A stretch of DNA of 64,000 nt from Acidimicrobiia bacterium. GTDB lineage: Bacteria; Actinomycetota; Acidimicrobiia; Spongiisociales; ZC4RG35. Below the pieces are notes generated by a model. The model was not told the DNA's origin, did not search any database, and saw only the letters and a program-made list of their open reading frames with translations. This document shows, piece by piece, positions 19,005 to 29,401 of the stretch. The stretch spans positions 832,001-896,000 of the forward strand of contig OZ244034.1 of NCBI GenBank assembly GCA_965215185.1. The letters run 5' to 3'. Position 1 is the first letter of the stretch; the number at the start of each line of letters is the position of its first letter. Both the position numbers and the translations under genes were made by a program.

Positions 19005-20243
19005 TCACTCCGCAGGCCGCTGCAGATTTTGATCCATCGGTAACACCGAGAAAAGTATCGCCGCAGTGGCGAACAAGGCGGCGATGTAGAAGGCGGTAGC
19101 GTCAAAACCCAGTGACTGGTACAGGGCCCCGGCTGCGATGGGGGAGAGCGTCACCAGCACGGTGCTGATGGTCGAGACCACCCCCAAGGCGGTATTCGCG
19201 ACTTCGCGTCCCACCATGTCGAATACCGTGGCGGTCAGGATCGGTTGATCCGGATAGAGGAACAGACCCATCAATGCGATTGTGATGGTGAGGGAAATAC
19301 CTGTGTTGAAAATGGTCAGCGTCAAAGCCACCAGGAAGGACCACACCAATCCTGGCACCAGGACCTGTTTGCGTCCCAACCGATCGGATAGATAGCCGGC
19401 CACCGGCTTGGCAATCAACCCGATGACGATGAGCAGCCCGATATGGAACCCTCGGGAAACCGTGCTCAAGGCCAGCTCGTTGTTCAGGTAGAGCGGCAAC
19501 ACGGTGACCAGTGCCACCAGGGCCATGGCCCGCAATCCGTACACCAGGGCCAGGCCCCACAGAACCGGTGTCCTCAGCAGGCGCCTGGTCACCGCCGCCC
19601 GTTGCGATGTGGCAACAGGGTCCTTCTCCTTCGTCCGGCCAATGTTTCGGAACACCCCCAGAGCCACCACCCCAAGAATCAACGGCGCCACGGCGTAAAT
19701 GCTCAGCAACTGCCGCCAGGTCAAGAAAGCCAAGAGTGCTCCGGTAGCCACGGGACCCACAACGTCTCCCACGCTGCCTCCCACGCCGTGGGTGGCCAAC
19801 GCCACGGCGCGCCTTTGTCGGAAGTGGTAGGAAAGGGAAGCAGAAGAGGGCAGGTGCCAGATCGAATGGGAGACAGCTACGATGACTATCCCGATCAAAA
19901 CCAGGTAATAGCCGGGGGAGACACCAATGAGGAAGGCCCCCACCGCCGAAGCCATCAGACAAGCGGCCAGAAGCGAACCCCAGTGTTCCCTCAGCATGTC
20001 GGCTACCACTCCGGCGGGCAGCTTCACCAATCCCGTGGCCAGTTCCCGCGCCGCCAGGATCCCACCCACACCGACGGCGTTGAGTAGGAACGCCTGTTGA
20101 ATCTCGGGCAACACCACCACGAAACTCTGCGCTATCCAGTGGAAGACCGAATGGCCAAGCGCCAACCCGAAGAGGATCACCCGGTTGCTGATCGGTCGAA
20201 ACGACTCCTCGGACAGGCCTTGTGGATCGGGAGTGTTAGTCAC
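19005..20243 (-). CDS. MFS transporter (start approximate)
   Basis: ~12 TM helices, G.LSDRLGRK motif. Confidence 0.9.
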   Translation of the reverse strand: MTNTPDPQGLSEESFRPISNRVILFGLALGHSVFHWIAQSFVVVLPEIQQAFLLNAVGVGGILAARELATGLVKLPAGVVADMLREHWGSLLAACLMASAVGAFLIGVSPGYYLVLIGIVIVAVSHSIWHLPSSASLSYHFRQRRAVALATHGVGGSVGDVVGPVATGALLAFLTWRQLLSIYAVAPLILGVVALGVFRNIGRTKEKDPVATSQRAAVTRRLLRTPVLWGLALVYGLRAMALVALVTVLPLYLNNELALSTVSRGFHIGLLIVIGLIAKPVAGYLSDRLGRKQVLVPGLVWSFLVALTLTIFNTGISLTITIALMGLFLYPDQPILTATVFDMVGREVANTALGVVSTISTVLVTLSPIAAGALYQSLGFDATAFYIAALFATAAILFSVLPMDQNLQRPAE

Positions 20244-20532
20244 ATGCCAACCTGTCTCAGATTCCGGCAGTTGACCGTTCGACGGTGGGATCGGGCCAAA
20301 CCAACTGAGCCCTTGCCGCCACCGGGACCACATGCGCAGCTGCGTTCTTGCGAACAACGACCATGCTGACAGAGCCTACGGCAACCTGCCTGGCCCATCA
20401 CCCTCGGCGTTGACTTCATTTCCCACAGTTGGCCTTTGGCCGGTATGCGCGCCCGCGTCGCACAAGCGGGTGCAGGTGGAACATTGATATGGATTGCTGG
20501 TTGGAGCAAAACCAGGGTTAGCCTGATCTCTT

Positions 20533-22422
20533 ATGTGGCACGGCTGGCATAGCTACATGCGTAGCGTCGGAGAGTCTCCTCCCGCCATAGACAAAGCGCT
20601 CTTGCGCAGAGTGGCGGGGTACGGAAGACCATATCTGGGGCGATTGGTGGGGGTGCTGATCACTGTGGTGCTGATTTCCGGGCTCTCGGTGGTGCCACCC
20701 ATCCTGATCCGTTTTCTTATAGACGAGGCGATTCCTCAAGGGGACCTGGGCGCCCTTACCTGGCTGGGAATAGGGATGGTGGCCGTGCCGGTGGTGATCG
20801 CGGGTGTGGGGATCATCCAGCGTTGGTGGTCCTCCCATGCCGGGGAAGGCATTATCTTCGATCTTCGCAGGCAGCTGTACGCCCACCTGCAGCGCATGTC
20901 ACTCGGCTTTTTCACCAACACCCGAACAGGCGAACTGATCTCTCGCATCCAAAGCGATGTAGTCGGCGCCCAGCAAGCCATAACCGGCACTTTTGTGACC
21001 ATCCTGTCCAATGTGGTGGCGGTCGCCGCCATCCTGGCGGTGTTGATCAGCGCCGATTGGAGGCTCACCCTCCTGGCCGTGGCCGCGTTGCCACTCTTCA
21101 TAGCTCCTGCCCGGCGGGTGGCTCGAACGCTTCGGGCGGTCACCGAACGACAGATGAAACACAACGCCAACATGTCCTCCATCCTCCAGGAGACCTTCAA
21201 TGTCTCCGGCGCCCTGCTGGTGAAACTGTTCGACCGGGGGCACCGGGAATTGGGGCGCTTTTCGAAGGAGGCGGCCGGGGTGAGGGAACTGGGAGTCAAA
21301 AGCGCCCTCATAGGTCGCGGATTCCTAGCGGCTATGGGAGTGGTCAGCGCTCTGGGTACGGCATCGGTCTTCTGGGTGGGGGGATGGATGGTCATAGAAG
21401 GACACATCTCTTTGGGAACAGTGGTGATGTTCTCGACTCTGCTTGTCCAGCTCTATGCTCCGCTCACCGCCCTGTCCAATACCCGGGTGGAGTTCGCCAC
21501 CTCGCTGGTCTCCTTCGAACGGGTCTTCCAGGTTCTCGACATTCCTGTGGATCTGCCCGAGTCGCCTGATGCGAGGGATCTGACGAATGTGGTCGGGGAT
21601 GTGGAGTTCCATCAGGTGTGGTTCCAATATCCCTCTGACCGGCCAGCGGGATTGGGAGCTACGCAGCGTTTCACTCCCTGGGATGTCGCCTCTATGGACG
21701 GAGACGATGAGAACCAAACTCCGGTTTCCACCAGACAGTGGGCTCTTGAAGACATTTCTTTCCGGGCGCCGGCCGGGGGTCTGGTGGCGGTGGTGGGACC
21801 CTCGGGGGCCGGCAAGACCACCATGTCCTACCTGGTGCCTCGGTTGTATGAAGTTAATCGGGGCAAGGTGACTCTCGATGGCAACAACGTGCGTGATCTG
21901 ACTTTTGCCGCATTGGCCGCGGCGGTGGGGGAGGTGACCCAGGAAACCTATCTGCTCCACGACACCATCGCCGCCAATTTGCGTTATGCACAACCCGACG
22001 CCACCGAGGAGGAACTGTTGAGAGCCTGCGAGGCAGCCAACCTCACCGAGATGATCAGTGCTTTACCCAACGGCCTGGGCACCGTGGTGGGCGAGCGCGG
22101 CTACCGGCTGTCAGGCGGAGAAAAGCAGAGAGTGGCCATTGCCCGGGTAATACTGAAAAACCCCGCCATCCTCGTTTTGGACGAAGCCACGTCACATCTC
22201 GACACGCGTTCAGAGGCTCTGATCCAAGAAGCCCTGGAACGCCTGATGACGAAAAGGACCTGCCTGGTCATCGCCCACCGCCTTTCGACCGTAAAAACTG
22301 CCGATTTGATATTGGTGATTGATAAGGGACGCCTCGTCGAACAGGGAACCCACGAAGAACTTCTGGCACTGGGCGGTCTGTACGCAACCCTGTATCAAAC
22401 CCAGTTCCAGCCGGTCGGGTAG
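20533..22422 (+). CDS. ABC exporter, fused permease/ATPase
   Basis: TM domain, GPSGAGKT, LSGGEKQR, LDEATS, IAHRLST. Confidence 0.93.
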   Translation: MWHGWHSYMRSVGESPPAIDKALLRRVAGYGRPYLGRLVGVLITVVLISGLSVVPPILIRFLIDEAIPQGDLGALTWLGIGMVAVPVVIAGVGIIQRWWSSHAGEGIIFDLRRQLYAHLQRMSLGFFTNTRTGELISRIQSDVVGAQQAITGTFVTILSNVVAVAAILAVLISADWRLTLLAVAALPLFIAPARRVARTLRAVTERQMKHNANMSSILQETFNVSGALLVKLFDRGHRELGRFSKEAAGVRELGVKSALIGRGFLAAMGVVSALGTASVFWVGGWMVIEGHISLGTVVMFSTLLVQLYAPLTALSNTRVEFATSLVSFERVFQVLDIPVDLPESPDARDLTNVVGDVEFHQVWFQYPSDRPAGLGATQRFTPWDVASMDGDDENQTPVSTRQWALEDISFRAPAGGLVAVVGPSGAGKTTMSYLVPRLYEVNRGKVTLDGNNVRDLTFAALAAAVGEVTQETYLLHDTIAANLRYAQPDATEEELLRACEAANLTEMISALPNGLGTVVGERGYRLSGGEKQRVAIARVILKNPAILVLDEATSHLDTRSEALIQEALERLMTKRTCLVIAHRLSTVKTADLILVIDKGRLVEQGTHEELLALGGLYATLYQTQFQPVG

Positions 22423-22506
22423 CGAGGTTTTTGTCTTCGTAGATACTTTGGGTTCCCTCACCTCGGCCGCCACTGCGAAAGGGAGTGTCCTTTCAACCGT
22501 TTCTCG

Positions 22507-22980
22507 ATGATCCTTATGTTGGTTGGCGTCGTCTCGCTACTCGCACTCGCGGGCTGCCACGGCGGTGGTGCCGAATCGGGCGAGCATAGCGATGGCGCGG
22601 AGTCGGGTGAACACGGCGATGGCGCGGAGTCGGGTGAGCATAGCGGTGGTTCCGAGTCGGGTGAACACGGCGATGGTTCGGAGTCGGGCGATGAAGAATC
22701 CGGTACCCAATTCGCGCTGGGCGAGACCTTCGACGAGGTTCGGGCCGGCGCTCGGCTGGTTCTTTCGTACGACTCGGAAGCCAATGTATTCGTTGGGAGG
22801 GTAGAAAACACCACCGGAGCGACGCTAAGGCGGGTCAGGGTCGAGGTCCATCTCTCAAACGGCACCGAACTGGGACCGACAGCTCCAGTCGACCTAACGC
22901 CTGGCCAGATTGTTGAAGTCACCCTCCCGGCAACCAGCCAAACATTCACCTCCTGGAGTGCCCATCCCGAAGTTGGTTGA
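22507..22980 (+). CDS. lipoprotein with His/Glu-rich repeats (start may be slightly upstream)
   Basis: LAGC lipobox, (G-A/S-ESGEH-S/G-D/G) repeats, beta-rich C-terminal domain. Confidence 0.75.
   Translation: MILMLVGVVSLLALAGCHGGGAESGEHSDGAESGEHGDGAESGEHSGGSESGEHGDGSESGDEESGTQFALGETFDEVRAGARLVLSYDSEANVFVGRVENTTGATLRRVRVEVHLSNGTELGPTAPVDLTPGQIVEVTLPATSQTFTSWSAHPEVG
22567..22692 (+). repeat. 27-bp tandem repeat, about 4.7 copies, in frame
   Basis: units such as GGCGCGGAGTCGGGTGAACACGGCGAT starting at 22567, 22594, 22621, 22648 and 22675. Confidence 0.9.
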
Positions 22981-23183
22981 GTTCTCGCCAGCGTGAACAC
23001 CCGCTCATCTGACCGTAGTGGCTGTCATCGCTGGGAGGCCATTCCAAGCCGCAGTCAACTTGGCGTCGTTTAAACCAGGCCAGGGTTCGAATTCACGTAT
23101 TACTCCAATGTCTCATGGACCGAAGGCCGGGTCTGCACCCGAGGATGCCATTGGTTGGAGAAGGAGTCAGCCCCGAAAGGCTA

Positions 23184-24227
23184 TCAGCCGACTAGCGTCA
23201 GAGCTTCGGTGGCGGTCCAAGAGCGATCGAAGTCCGTCCAACTCTGCCAGTCGGACCTGGGAAGAGTAAATCCCGCTTCCACCACCTGGCCCAGCACTGA
23301 AATAAAAACCCGGAGCTGGCGAGGGAGCGGGAAGTACTCTTCCTCGTCGGTGACGTGGGCCAGTTCGAAACCCTGGCTGGCCTCTAGCGAATCAATCACT
23401 TCCTGCACCAGGTGCTCGGGGGCCGAAGCGCCGGCGGTCAATCCCACTACCTTCACTCCCTCCAGCCACTCCGCCAAGATGTCACTCGCCCTGTCTATGC
23501 GGTGGGCGGCGGTTCCCAGATCGGCTGCCACCCTTACCAGCGCCTGGGTGTTGGAGGAGTTTTCCGATCCCACCACCAGGATCAGGTCACAGCTTTCAGT
23601 CAGGTTCTGCACGACGGTCTGGCGGTTGGTGGTGGCGTAGCAAAGGTCGGAGCGGCGGGCGGTCCACAGATCGGGAAATCGTTCGGCGGCTTGATCGTGT
23701 ACGGCGCCCCATTCGTGCATTCCGAGAGTCGTCTGGGCGACCAGCGCCACCCGGGTGGGGTTCTTTGGAGCGAAATTGGCCAGCCCCGACTCGGGAGCCA
23801 CCAAGGTGATCGCCTCTGGAGCGACCGCCAGGGTGCCCACTGCCTCGTCATGCTCCTCATGCCCGACATAGAGGATGTCATAGCCATTCTTTGCCATCCT
23901 CTTCACCTCGTGATGGACCTTGGTGACCAGGGGGCAGACCGCGTCGATCACCACCGCGGCCTTGTCTGCGGCGTCGATCACCACCTGGGGGGACGAGCCG
24001 TGAGCCGACAGCATTACCGGAGCCCCGGTTGGGACCTCCGAGATGTCGTTCACAAAGATCACGCCCGCCTTTTCAAAGGCGCGCACCACCCACGCATTGT
24101 GGACGATCTCGTGATAGCAGTAGACGGGCACCGCAAATATGCGCAACATCCACGTGAGCGCCTTTATGGCCATTTCCACTCCCGCGCAGAATCCGCGAGG
24201 TTCGGCCAGAATGATCCGTTCGACCAT
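23184..24227 (-). CDS. ispH: 4-hydroxy-3-methylbut-2-enyl diphosphate reductase
   Basis: PRGFCAGV, IVHN, SAHG, DAVCPLVTKVH, QTTL, CYATTNRQ, SSN, TAGASAP. Confidence 0.96.
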   Translation of the reverse strand: MVERIILAEPRGFCAGVEMAIKALTWMLRIFAVPVYCYHEIVHNAWVVRAFEKAGVIFVNDISEVPTGAPVMLSAHGSSPQVVIDAADKAAVVIDAVCPLVTKVHHEVKRMAKNGYDILYVGHEEHDEAVGTLAVAPEAITLVAPESGLANFAPKNPTRVALVAQTTLGMHEWGAVHDQAAERFPDLWTARRSDLCYATTNRQTVVQNLTESCDLILVVGSENSSNTQALVRVAADLGTAAHRIDRASDILAEWLEGVKVVGLTAGASAPEHLVQEVIDSLEASQGFELAHVTDEEEYFPLPRQLRVFISVLGQVVEAGFTLPRSDWQSWTDFDRSWTATEALTLVG

Positions 24228-24411
24228 ATGAAGCATGTTAGACGCGTAGCCAAGGCAACGAATATTGTGACCATCCGTGGGCCTTCGGACCGGTCCCAGT
24301 GATCGCACCCTGCCGGTTCCCCTTTCCCAATGAGATTTTCGCCCCACAGTCGTCAACGCGTCAAAGACATCGTGGGCAATTGGTTGGAACCAAACCCGTA
24401 GTCTTTCAGAT

Positions 24412-25734
24412 ATGTCTGCAGAGCGTTTAGCGGTGGTAGCGGTGGTGGGACGCCCGAATGTGGGTAAATCCACCCTGATCAACCGGATCATCGGACGGCG
24501 GGAGGCGGTTGTCCAATCCCAGCCGGGGGTCACCCGCGACCGTCGCATTTTCAACGCCAACTGGGCTGATCGCCAATTCTTGGTGGTGGACACCGGAGGC
24601 TGGGAACTTGATGCCTCCTCTCCCTTCTCCAAGGAGGTACGGCTACAGGCGGAGGCAGCGGTGAATGGCGCCGATGCAGTCTTGTTCGTGGTGGATGGCA
24701 CGGCGGCCCTGGGTGATGATGATGAGGGCATGGCCACTGTCGTGAAAAAGAGCGGGATTCCGGTGGTGGTGGCCGCCAACAAAATCGACAATACCAGCCT
24801 GGAGATGACCGTTTCCGACTACTGGACCTTGGGGCTGGGAGAACCCCATCCGGTCAGCGCCATCCACGGTAGGGGAGTGGGAGATCTACTGGATCGGGTC
24901 CTGTCGGCGCTCCCCAGCATCGTGGCCGGTGCGGTTGACGAGCACCCCCGGATTGCCATAGTCGGACGTCCCAATACCGGAAAGTCCACTCTGTTGAACC
25001 GCCTGTGCGGGTCCCGGCGGGTTATCGTTTCCAACGTTCCGGGCACCACCCGTGACCCGGTGGATGTGGATGTCGAGTTGGATGGAACCACCTATCGATT
25101 GGTGGACACCGCCGGGATACGTCGCCGTCCCAAGATCACCGAGGACGCCGACTACTACGCGGTCTTGAGGGCACATGAAGCGCTGGCCCGGGCCGATGCG
25201 GCCCTGTTGGTGGTGGACGCCCTGGATGGCGCCACCTATCAGGATCAAAAGATTGCATCGGCGGCAATGGAGTCGGGGACCGCTCTGGTGGTGCTGCTCA
25301 ACAAGTGGGACGCCATAGATCCGGAACAACGGGAAATCACCGAAAGGTCGATACCCGCCCGGCTGAGTTTTGTGTCATGGGCGCCGGTGCTGCGAATGTC
25401 AGCTTTGACCGGCTCTCGGATACACCGCCTCGGAGCGGCCGTGGAGATGGTTCTGCAGAACGCCGAGCAGCGAGTGTCCACCGGAGAGTTGAACCGGCTG
25501 GTGGCCAAATGGGTGGCCGCCCAACCGACACCGCCCAGAAAAGGCCGCAGGTGCAGAGTCATGTACGCGGTGCAGGTGGGAGTGCGCCCTCCCACCATCG
25601 TGCTGTTCACAGCGGGCGGACAATTGGCGCCCGAATACATGCGATACCTGGAGAGAAAACTCCGCGAAGAGTACGACCTGGTGGGAACTCCCATCCGCTT
25701 TGTCACTCGCCGCCGGGCAAGGGACTCAAGGTGA
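24412..25734 (+). CDS. der: ribosome biogenesis GTPase Der
   Basis: two GTPase domains (GRPNVGKS/GRPNTGKS, DTGG/DTAG, NKID/NKWD) and KH-like tail. Confidence 0.97.
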   Translation: MSAERLAVVAVVGRPNVGKSTLINRIIGRREAVVQSQPGVTRDRRIFNANWADRQFLVVDTGGWELDASSPFSKEVRLQAEAAVNGADAVLFVVDGTAALGDDDEGMATVVKKSGIPVVVAANKIDNTSLEMTVSDYWTLGLGEPHPVSAIHGRGVGDLLDRVLSALPSIVAGAVDEHPRIAIVGRPNTGKSTLLNRLCGSRRVIVSNVPGTTRDPVDVDVELDGTTYRLVDTAGIRRRPKITEDADYYAVLRAHEALARADAALLVVDALDGATYQDQKIASAAMESGTALVVLLNKWDAIDPEQREITERSIPARLSFVSWAPVLRMSALTGSRIHRLGAAVEMVLQNAEQRVSTGELNRLVAKWVAAQPTPPRKGRRCRVMYAVQVGVRPPTIVLFTAGGQLAPEYMRYLERKLREEYDLVGTPIRFVTRRRARDSR

Positions 25735-25892
25735 CCCACGGAGATTCTTATCTTCCCGAAACTGATGGACCGACCGAGGCCAAGGAGTCCTATCCAATCG
25801 GATTCAAGGTGGCGGTGACACTGACCGCCATCTACCTGCTGTACAGGCTGGGCCAGGGCGTATTGTGGCTGATCGCCCGCATTCTCGGTTGA
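25731..25892 (+). CDS. small membrane protein
   Basis: GTGA overlap with der stop; P..FK...L.AIYL.YRL.QG hydrophobic tail. Confidence 0.6.
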   Translation: MTHGDSYLPETDGPTEAKESYPIGFKVAVTLTAIYLLYRLGQGVLWLIARILG

Positions 25893-25981
25893 TTCCTTTG
25901 TCTGGAAGGTCCACAGAACCAGCCACCGGGCCGACTTCGTCTACTCCATCGAAGGGTGGTACGGGTAAGGCCACAGGGTCC

Positions 25982-26467
25982 ATGGAGAACCCATTACCCC
26001 GACCTGCCGCTCGTATCTTGCTACTCGATCACAGCAGCAGGGTGCTTTTATTCCGTACCTGCCTTCCTCACCGCAGAGACTTCTCCCTATGGGTTACCCC
26101 TGGTGGAGGATTGAACCCGGGAGAGACATTTGAAGAGGCCGCCTTGAGGGAACTGCGGGAAGAAACAGGGCTGGACTCAGTGAACCCGGGCCTTTGCATT
26201 TGGACGAGGCGGCATGTCTGGCAGTGGGGCGATGTCTGGTACGACAACCAGGAGAGGTTCTTTTTCCTGCGGACGCCGCGTTTCAACGTCGTTCCCGTGG
26301 TCCCGGACACGATCTTCGGAGACCCCCAACTGGACCACCGCTGGTGGAGTCTGCAGGAAATAGAAGCTGCCCCAGAAGTCGAGTTTGCGCCCCGGCGTCT
26401 AGCCGAGCACTTGAGGCCCATTGTGGCTGGCTATCTCCCGGATACACCTGTCGACGTGGGGCCTTGA
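25982..26467 (+). CDS. NUDIX hydrolase
   Basis: PGGG...GE..EEAALRELREETG Nudix box. Confidence 0.9.
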   Translation: MENPLPRPAARILLLDHSSRVLLFRTCLPHRRDFSLWVTPGGGLNPGETFEEAALRELREETGLDSVNPGLCIWTRRHVWQWGDVWYDNQERFFFLRTPRFNVVPVVPDTIFGDPQLDHRWWSLQEIEAAPEVEFAPRRLAEHLRPIVAGYLPDTPVDVGP

Positions 26468-26578
26468 AATGGCTGTCTTCGTGGAGTAGGGACGGGCATC
26501 GCCGGATCCCAATACTGTGCCAACTGGAGCTTCGAGAAACGGTGCCGTGCACTCTGAGGTCAGGAGGTAAAAAACCGG

Positions 26579-26652
26579 TCGGGCTGGCCGGATTTGAACC
26601 GGCGACCTCTTGACCCCCAGTCAAGCGCGCTGCCATGCTGCGCCACAGCCCG
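26579..26652 (-). tRNA. tRNA-Pro(GGG), CCA not encoded
   Basis: minus strand CGGGCTG...CTTGA-CT-GGG-GG-TCAAG...GGTTCAAATCC...CAGCCCG-A. Confidence 0.95.
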
Positions 26653-26713
26653 GACCCGCTAGATGCTAACAGCAGCGAAGAACCATCCCCTCACAGGTAA
26701 AATGAAAAGGCCA

Positions 26714-26787
26714 GGGCCCGTAGCTCAAGTGGTCAGAGCAGCGGACTCATAATCCGTTGGTTGCAGGTTCGAGTCCTGCCGGGCCCA
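26714..26787 (+). tRNA. tRNA with CAT anticodon, probably tRNA-Ile2; island integration site
   Basis: GGGCCCG acceptor, GCGGA-CT-CAT-AA-TCCGT arm, GGTTCGAGTCC; no initiator GGG/CCC stem, resembles ileX type. Confidence 0.9.
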
Positions 26788-27692
26788 CCCTCATTCACCC
26801 TGTTTCATCCTGTTTCCTGATGTTTCACGAAGTGCCACAAGTGCAGGTAGATCATCGTTTCCGCCATCGTGTGAGCACTAGGTGACCAGCCCTGCTCGCG
26901 TTCCTCGACGTTTCAAGTTGGTTCGGGTTGTTTCGTTTTGTGTGGGACGGCCTGTGGGACGGGATTGGAGGTGAGGGATGCCGAAACTGACTGCTGCGAG
27001 CGTGCGGCACGCCAAGCCAGGATCACACAGTGACGGAAATGGGCTGATTCTGAGGGTCTCTCTCACCGGAGGCAAACGGTGGGTGTGAGAGAGGAACCGT
27101 ACAGGGAAGAAGACGGGACTTTGGCTTTGGCTCTTACCCGACGGTCTCGCTCAAAGAGGCCAGAACGAAGGCGTTGGAATATCTCAGGATTGCTCGGTTG
27201 GGAGGCGACCCCTCCGTTCCTCGCTCTCAGGTTCCGACCTTCCAGCAGGCTGCGGAGAAGGTCATTCAACTTCACCGGGCCAAATGGAAGCCAGGAGGCC
27301 GATCCGAGGAACAATGGAGGTCGTCCCTCGCCAACTATGTGTTCCCACGAGTCGGCAACAAACCGGTCAACAACGTCACCACCCAAGATGTTATGGCCTG
27401 CCTGGCTCCTATTTGGTATTCCCGATCCACAACGGCCCGGCGGACCCTCCAGCGGATCTCGGCCATTATGCGTTGGAGCATCGCTCAGGGTTACAGGGCG
27501 GACAACCCGGCGGACGACCGAATCACAGCCGGTCTGGGTAAGAACACCAAGCGGCCCCAGCACCTCAAGTCCGTACACCACCGTCGAGTGGCTGCCGCCA
27601 TTGCCAAGATTCGAGAGTCCACGGCCCATCCGACGATTCGCCTTGTAACCGAATTTGCCATCCTGACGGTTACAAGGTCAGGGGAGGCTAGG
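26746..27692 (+). repeat. copy 1 of ~945-bp direct repeat (tRNA 3' half plus integrase 5' part)
   Basis: near-identical to 50480-51425. Confidence 0.95.
26941..26960 (+). promoter_or_regulatory. putative integrase arm-type sites (attL)
   Basis: TGTGGGAC x2 with 12-bp period; matching TGGGGGAC x2 with 12-bp period at 50419-50438 near the right att. Confidence 0.55.
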
Positions 27693-28118
27693 GGAGCGAG
27701 ATGGTCCGAGATGAAACTTGACGACCAGTTGTGGGAAATACCAGCTGAGAGAATGAAAGGTGATCGTCAGCATCGTGTACCGCTTTCCAAGCAAGTGCTA
27801 GCGGTGCTCTTGGAAGCGTCTACATTCCAAGACGACAACGGTCTCGTGTTCCCGGGTAAGAACGCTTCGGGACTGGCCGCCTGGCAACTCTCCAAGCTGG
27901 TCAGCAGCCTTGATCTGGGAGGCACCTTGCACGGGTTTCGGACCAGTTTCAGGATGTGGGCTGCCGAAATCGGTGCTGCCCGTGAGGTTGCTGAAGCCTG
28001 TCTCGCCCATCAGGTCGGCGACGCAACGGAGCGGGCATATGCTAGAAGCGATCTCCTGGAGCAACGGCGTCAATTGATGGAGAAGTGGGGTGCTTACGTC
28101 AACACCCTCGGTATCTGA
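26978..28118 (+). pseudogene. P4-type tyrosine integrase, frameshifted after codon 36
   Basis: MPKLTAASVRHAKPG.HSDGNGL.LRV...KRWV then TGA at 27086; the shifted frame continues RRRDFGFGSYP.VSL.EAR and has RSGE, HGFR, LAH, AYARS. Confidence 0.88.
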
Positions 28119-28560
28119 TCGACCAACCCGGTATCGGGCGCGGTCCGGAACCATTCCCATACGCTCCTATAGCGCCAACAAGGGATTGGCGGGTCGACAC
28201 ATTACGCTCCCGCGTTTCAGGGAGCAGCCTCGTGTTGTTAAGGGCATCCTCGCCAATGTTGCCGGGCCTTTCGGGGAGCGACCAATCATTTCCAGGCCTT
28301 TCTGTGAGTATTGGGGGGGCCTTGTAGAGGCTGCCAGGATTAGGCGTCAGCGGTTGGTGTCGTGACCCGAGGCCACTCTGACCTTTGTGTCTTTGACTTG
28401 ATATGTCCGACACCGCCGCGACGCCTCTGGGCGTTTCCGTTGCTGGCCTGATCAGAAGCCTGTCCACCCTTGGGGGGTGTGACCCGTCACAGTCCTGCCG
28501 TCACGGTTTGCGCCTTGCGAGGCGAATAGCCCAGTTCGCACAAGAAAGAGAAGGTTTCTT

Positions 28561-29087
28561 ATGTTGGCCACAATGGTAGAGCATGTGATCGGGATCGATC
28601 CTGATCGGGACCGGGTCACCGCCTCAGTAGTTGACACTGCTATTACCGGAGAACAAGCGACTGCGGTGTTCGGAACCACCCGGTCAGAGTATGACCGGTT
28701 GTTGAAATGGGCCGAGGAGCACACCCAGGCCGCCGGTCGAGTGTGGTCGGTGGAAGGCTCGGGCAGTTACGGAGCTGGCGTGACCGGTTGGCTTGGGTAC
28801 TGGAAACCGTCCGCCGAGGCGCTCAAACCGCCCGGGTGGCGGCCATTAACGAACTCAAAGCCCTAGTGGTAACCGCGCCCGTGGATCTCAGAGACCAACT
28901 GCGAGGTCTGAACACCGCCGCGCTGGTAACCAAAACCCACAAGTTCCGACCCGGCCAACCAACCTCTGGTTCCCGAAGCGAACACACCGCCACCAAAATG
29001 GCCATGCGATCCTTGGCCCGGCGTATCCGCACCCTTACCACCGAAATAGCAGAACTGAAAACGCCCATCGCTAGATCGACGTATTAG
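28561..29087 (+). pseudogene. IS110-family transposase remnant (internal deletion and frameshift)
   Basis: VIGID, W.VEG.GSYGAG, then in another frame ARVAAINELKAL..TAP..LR...LARRI..L..EI. Confidence 0.8.
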
Positions 29088-29353
29088 CAGCCTGTTACGA
29101 TAGATACTCGGTGGATATCTTGGGTGTTGGTCTGCTTGTCACTCGTGTTGGGGTGGTTGGTTTTGGTCTGGATCAGTGGCTCCCGGTCGCTAACGTCGCA
29201 TGCAAATGACGCTCAACCATATTGGCGACCTCGCCACTGTGGTGACGCTGCTCATCTTGGTGTACGTGACCGCGAAGCCAACAGTCAAACAACCGCTGGG
29301 CCACCGTCAAGTTCCTGTGATCCCACTATGAGTCTCATATCGGCGATATCGTT

Positions 29354-29401
29354 ACGTGCGACTCCCCGGGTGGCCTGCCTCTGAATCGGGGAGTCGCACG
29401 T
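29354..29401. repeat. perfect 15-bp inverted repeat with 18-nt loop
   Basis: ACGTGCGACTCCCCG ... CGGGGAGTCGCACGT. Confidence 0.85.

Noticed and set aside
22567-22692. Possible CRISPR array
   Set aside because: The repeats are contiguous 27-bp in-frame coding units with no spacers, and there are no cas genes.
23184-24791. 535-aa ORF-track call for ispH and other long N-terminal extensions (aroQ 18468, Mo enzyme 16488, osmC-region antisense ORFs)
   Set aside because: The extensions overlap real neighbouring genes; family motifs begin at internal starts.
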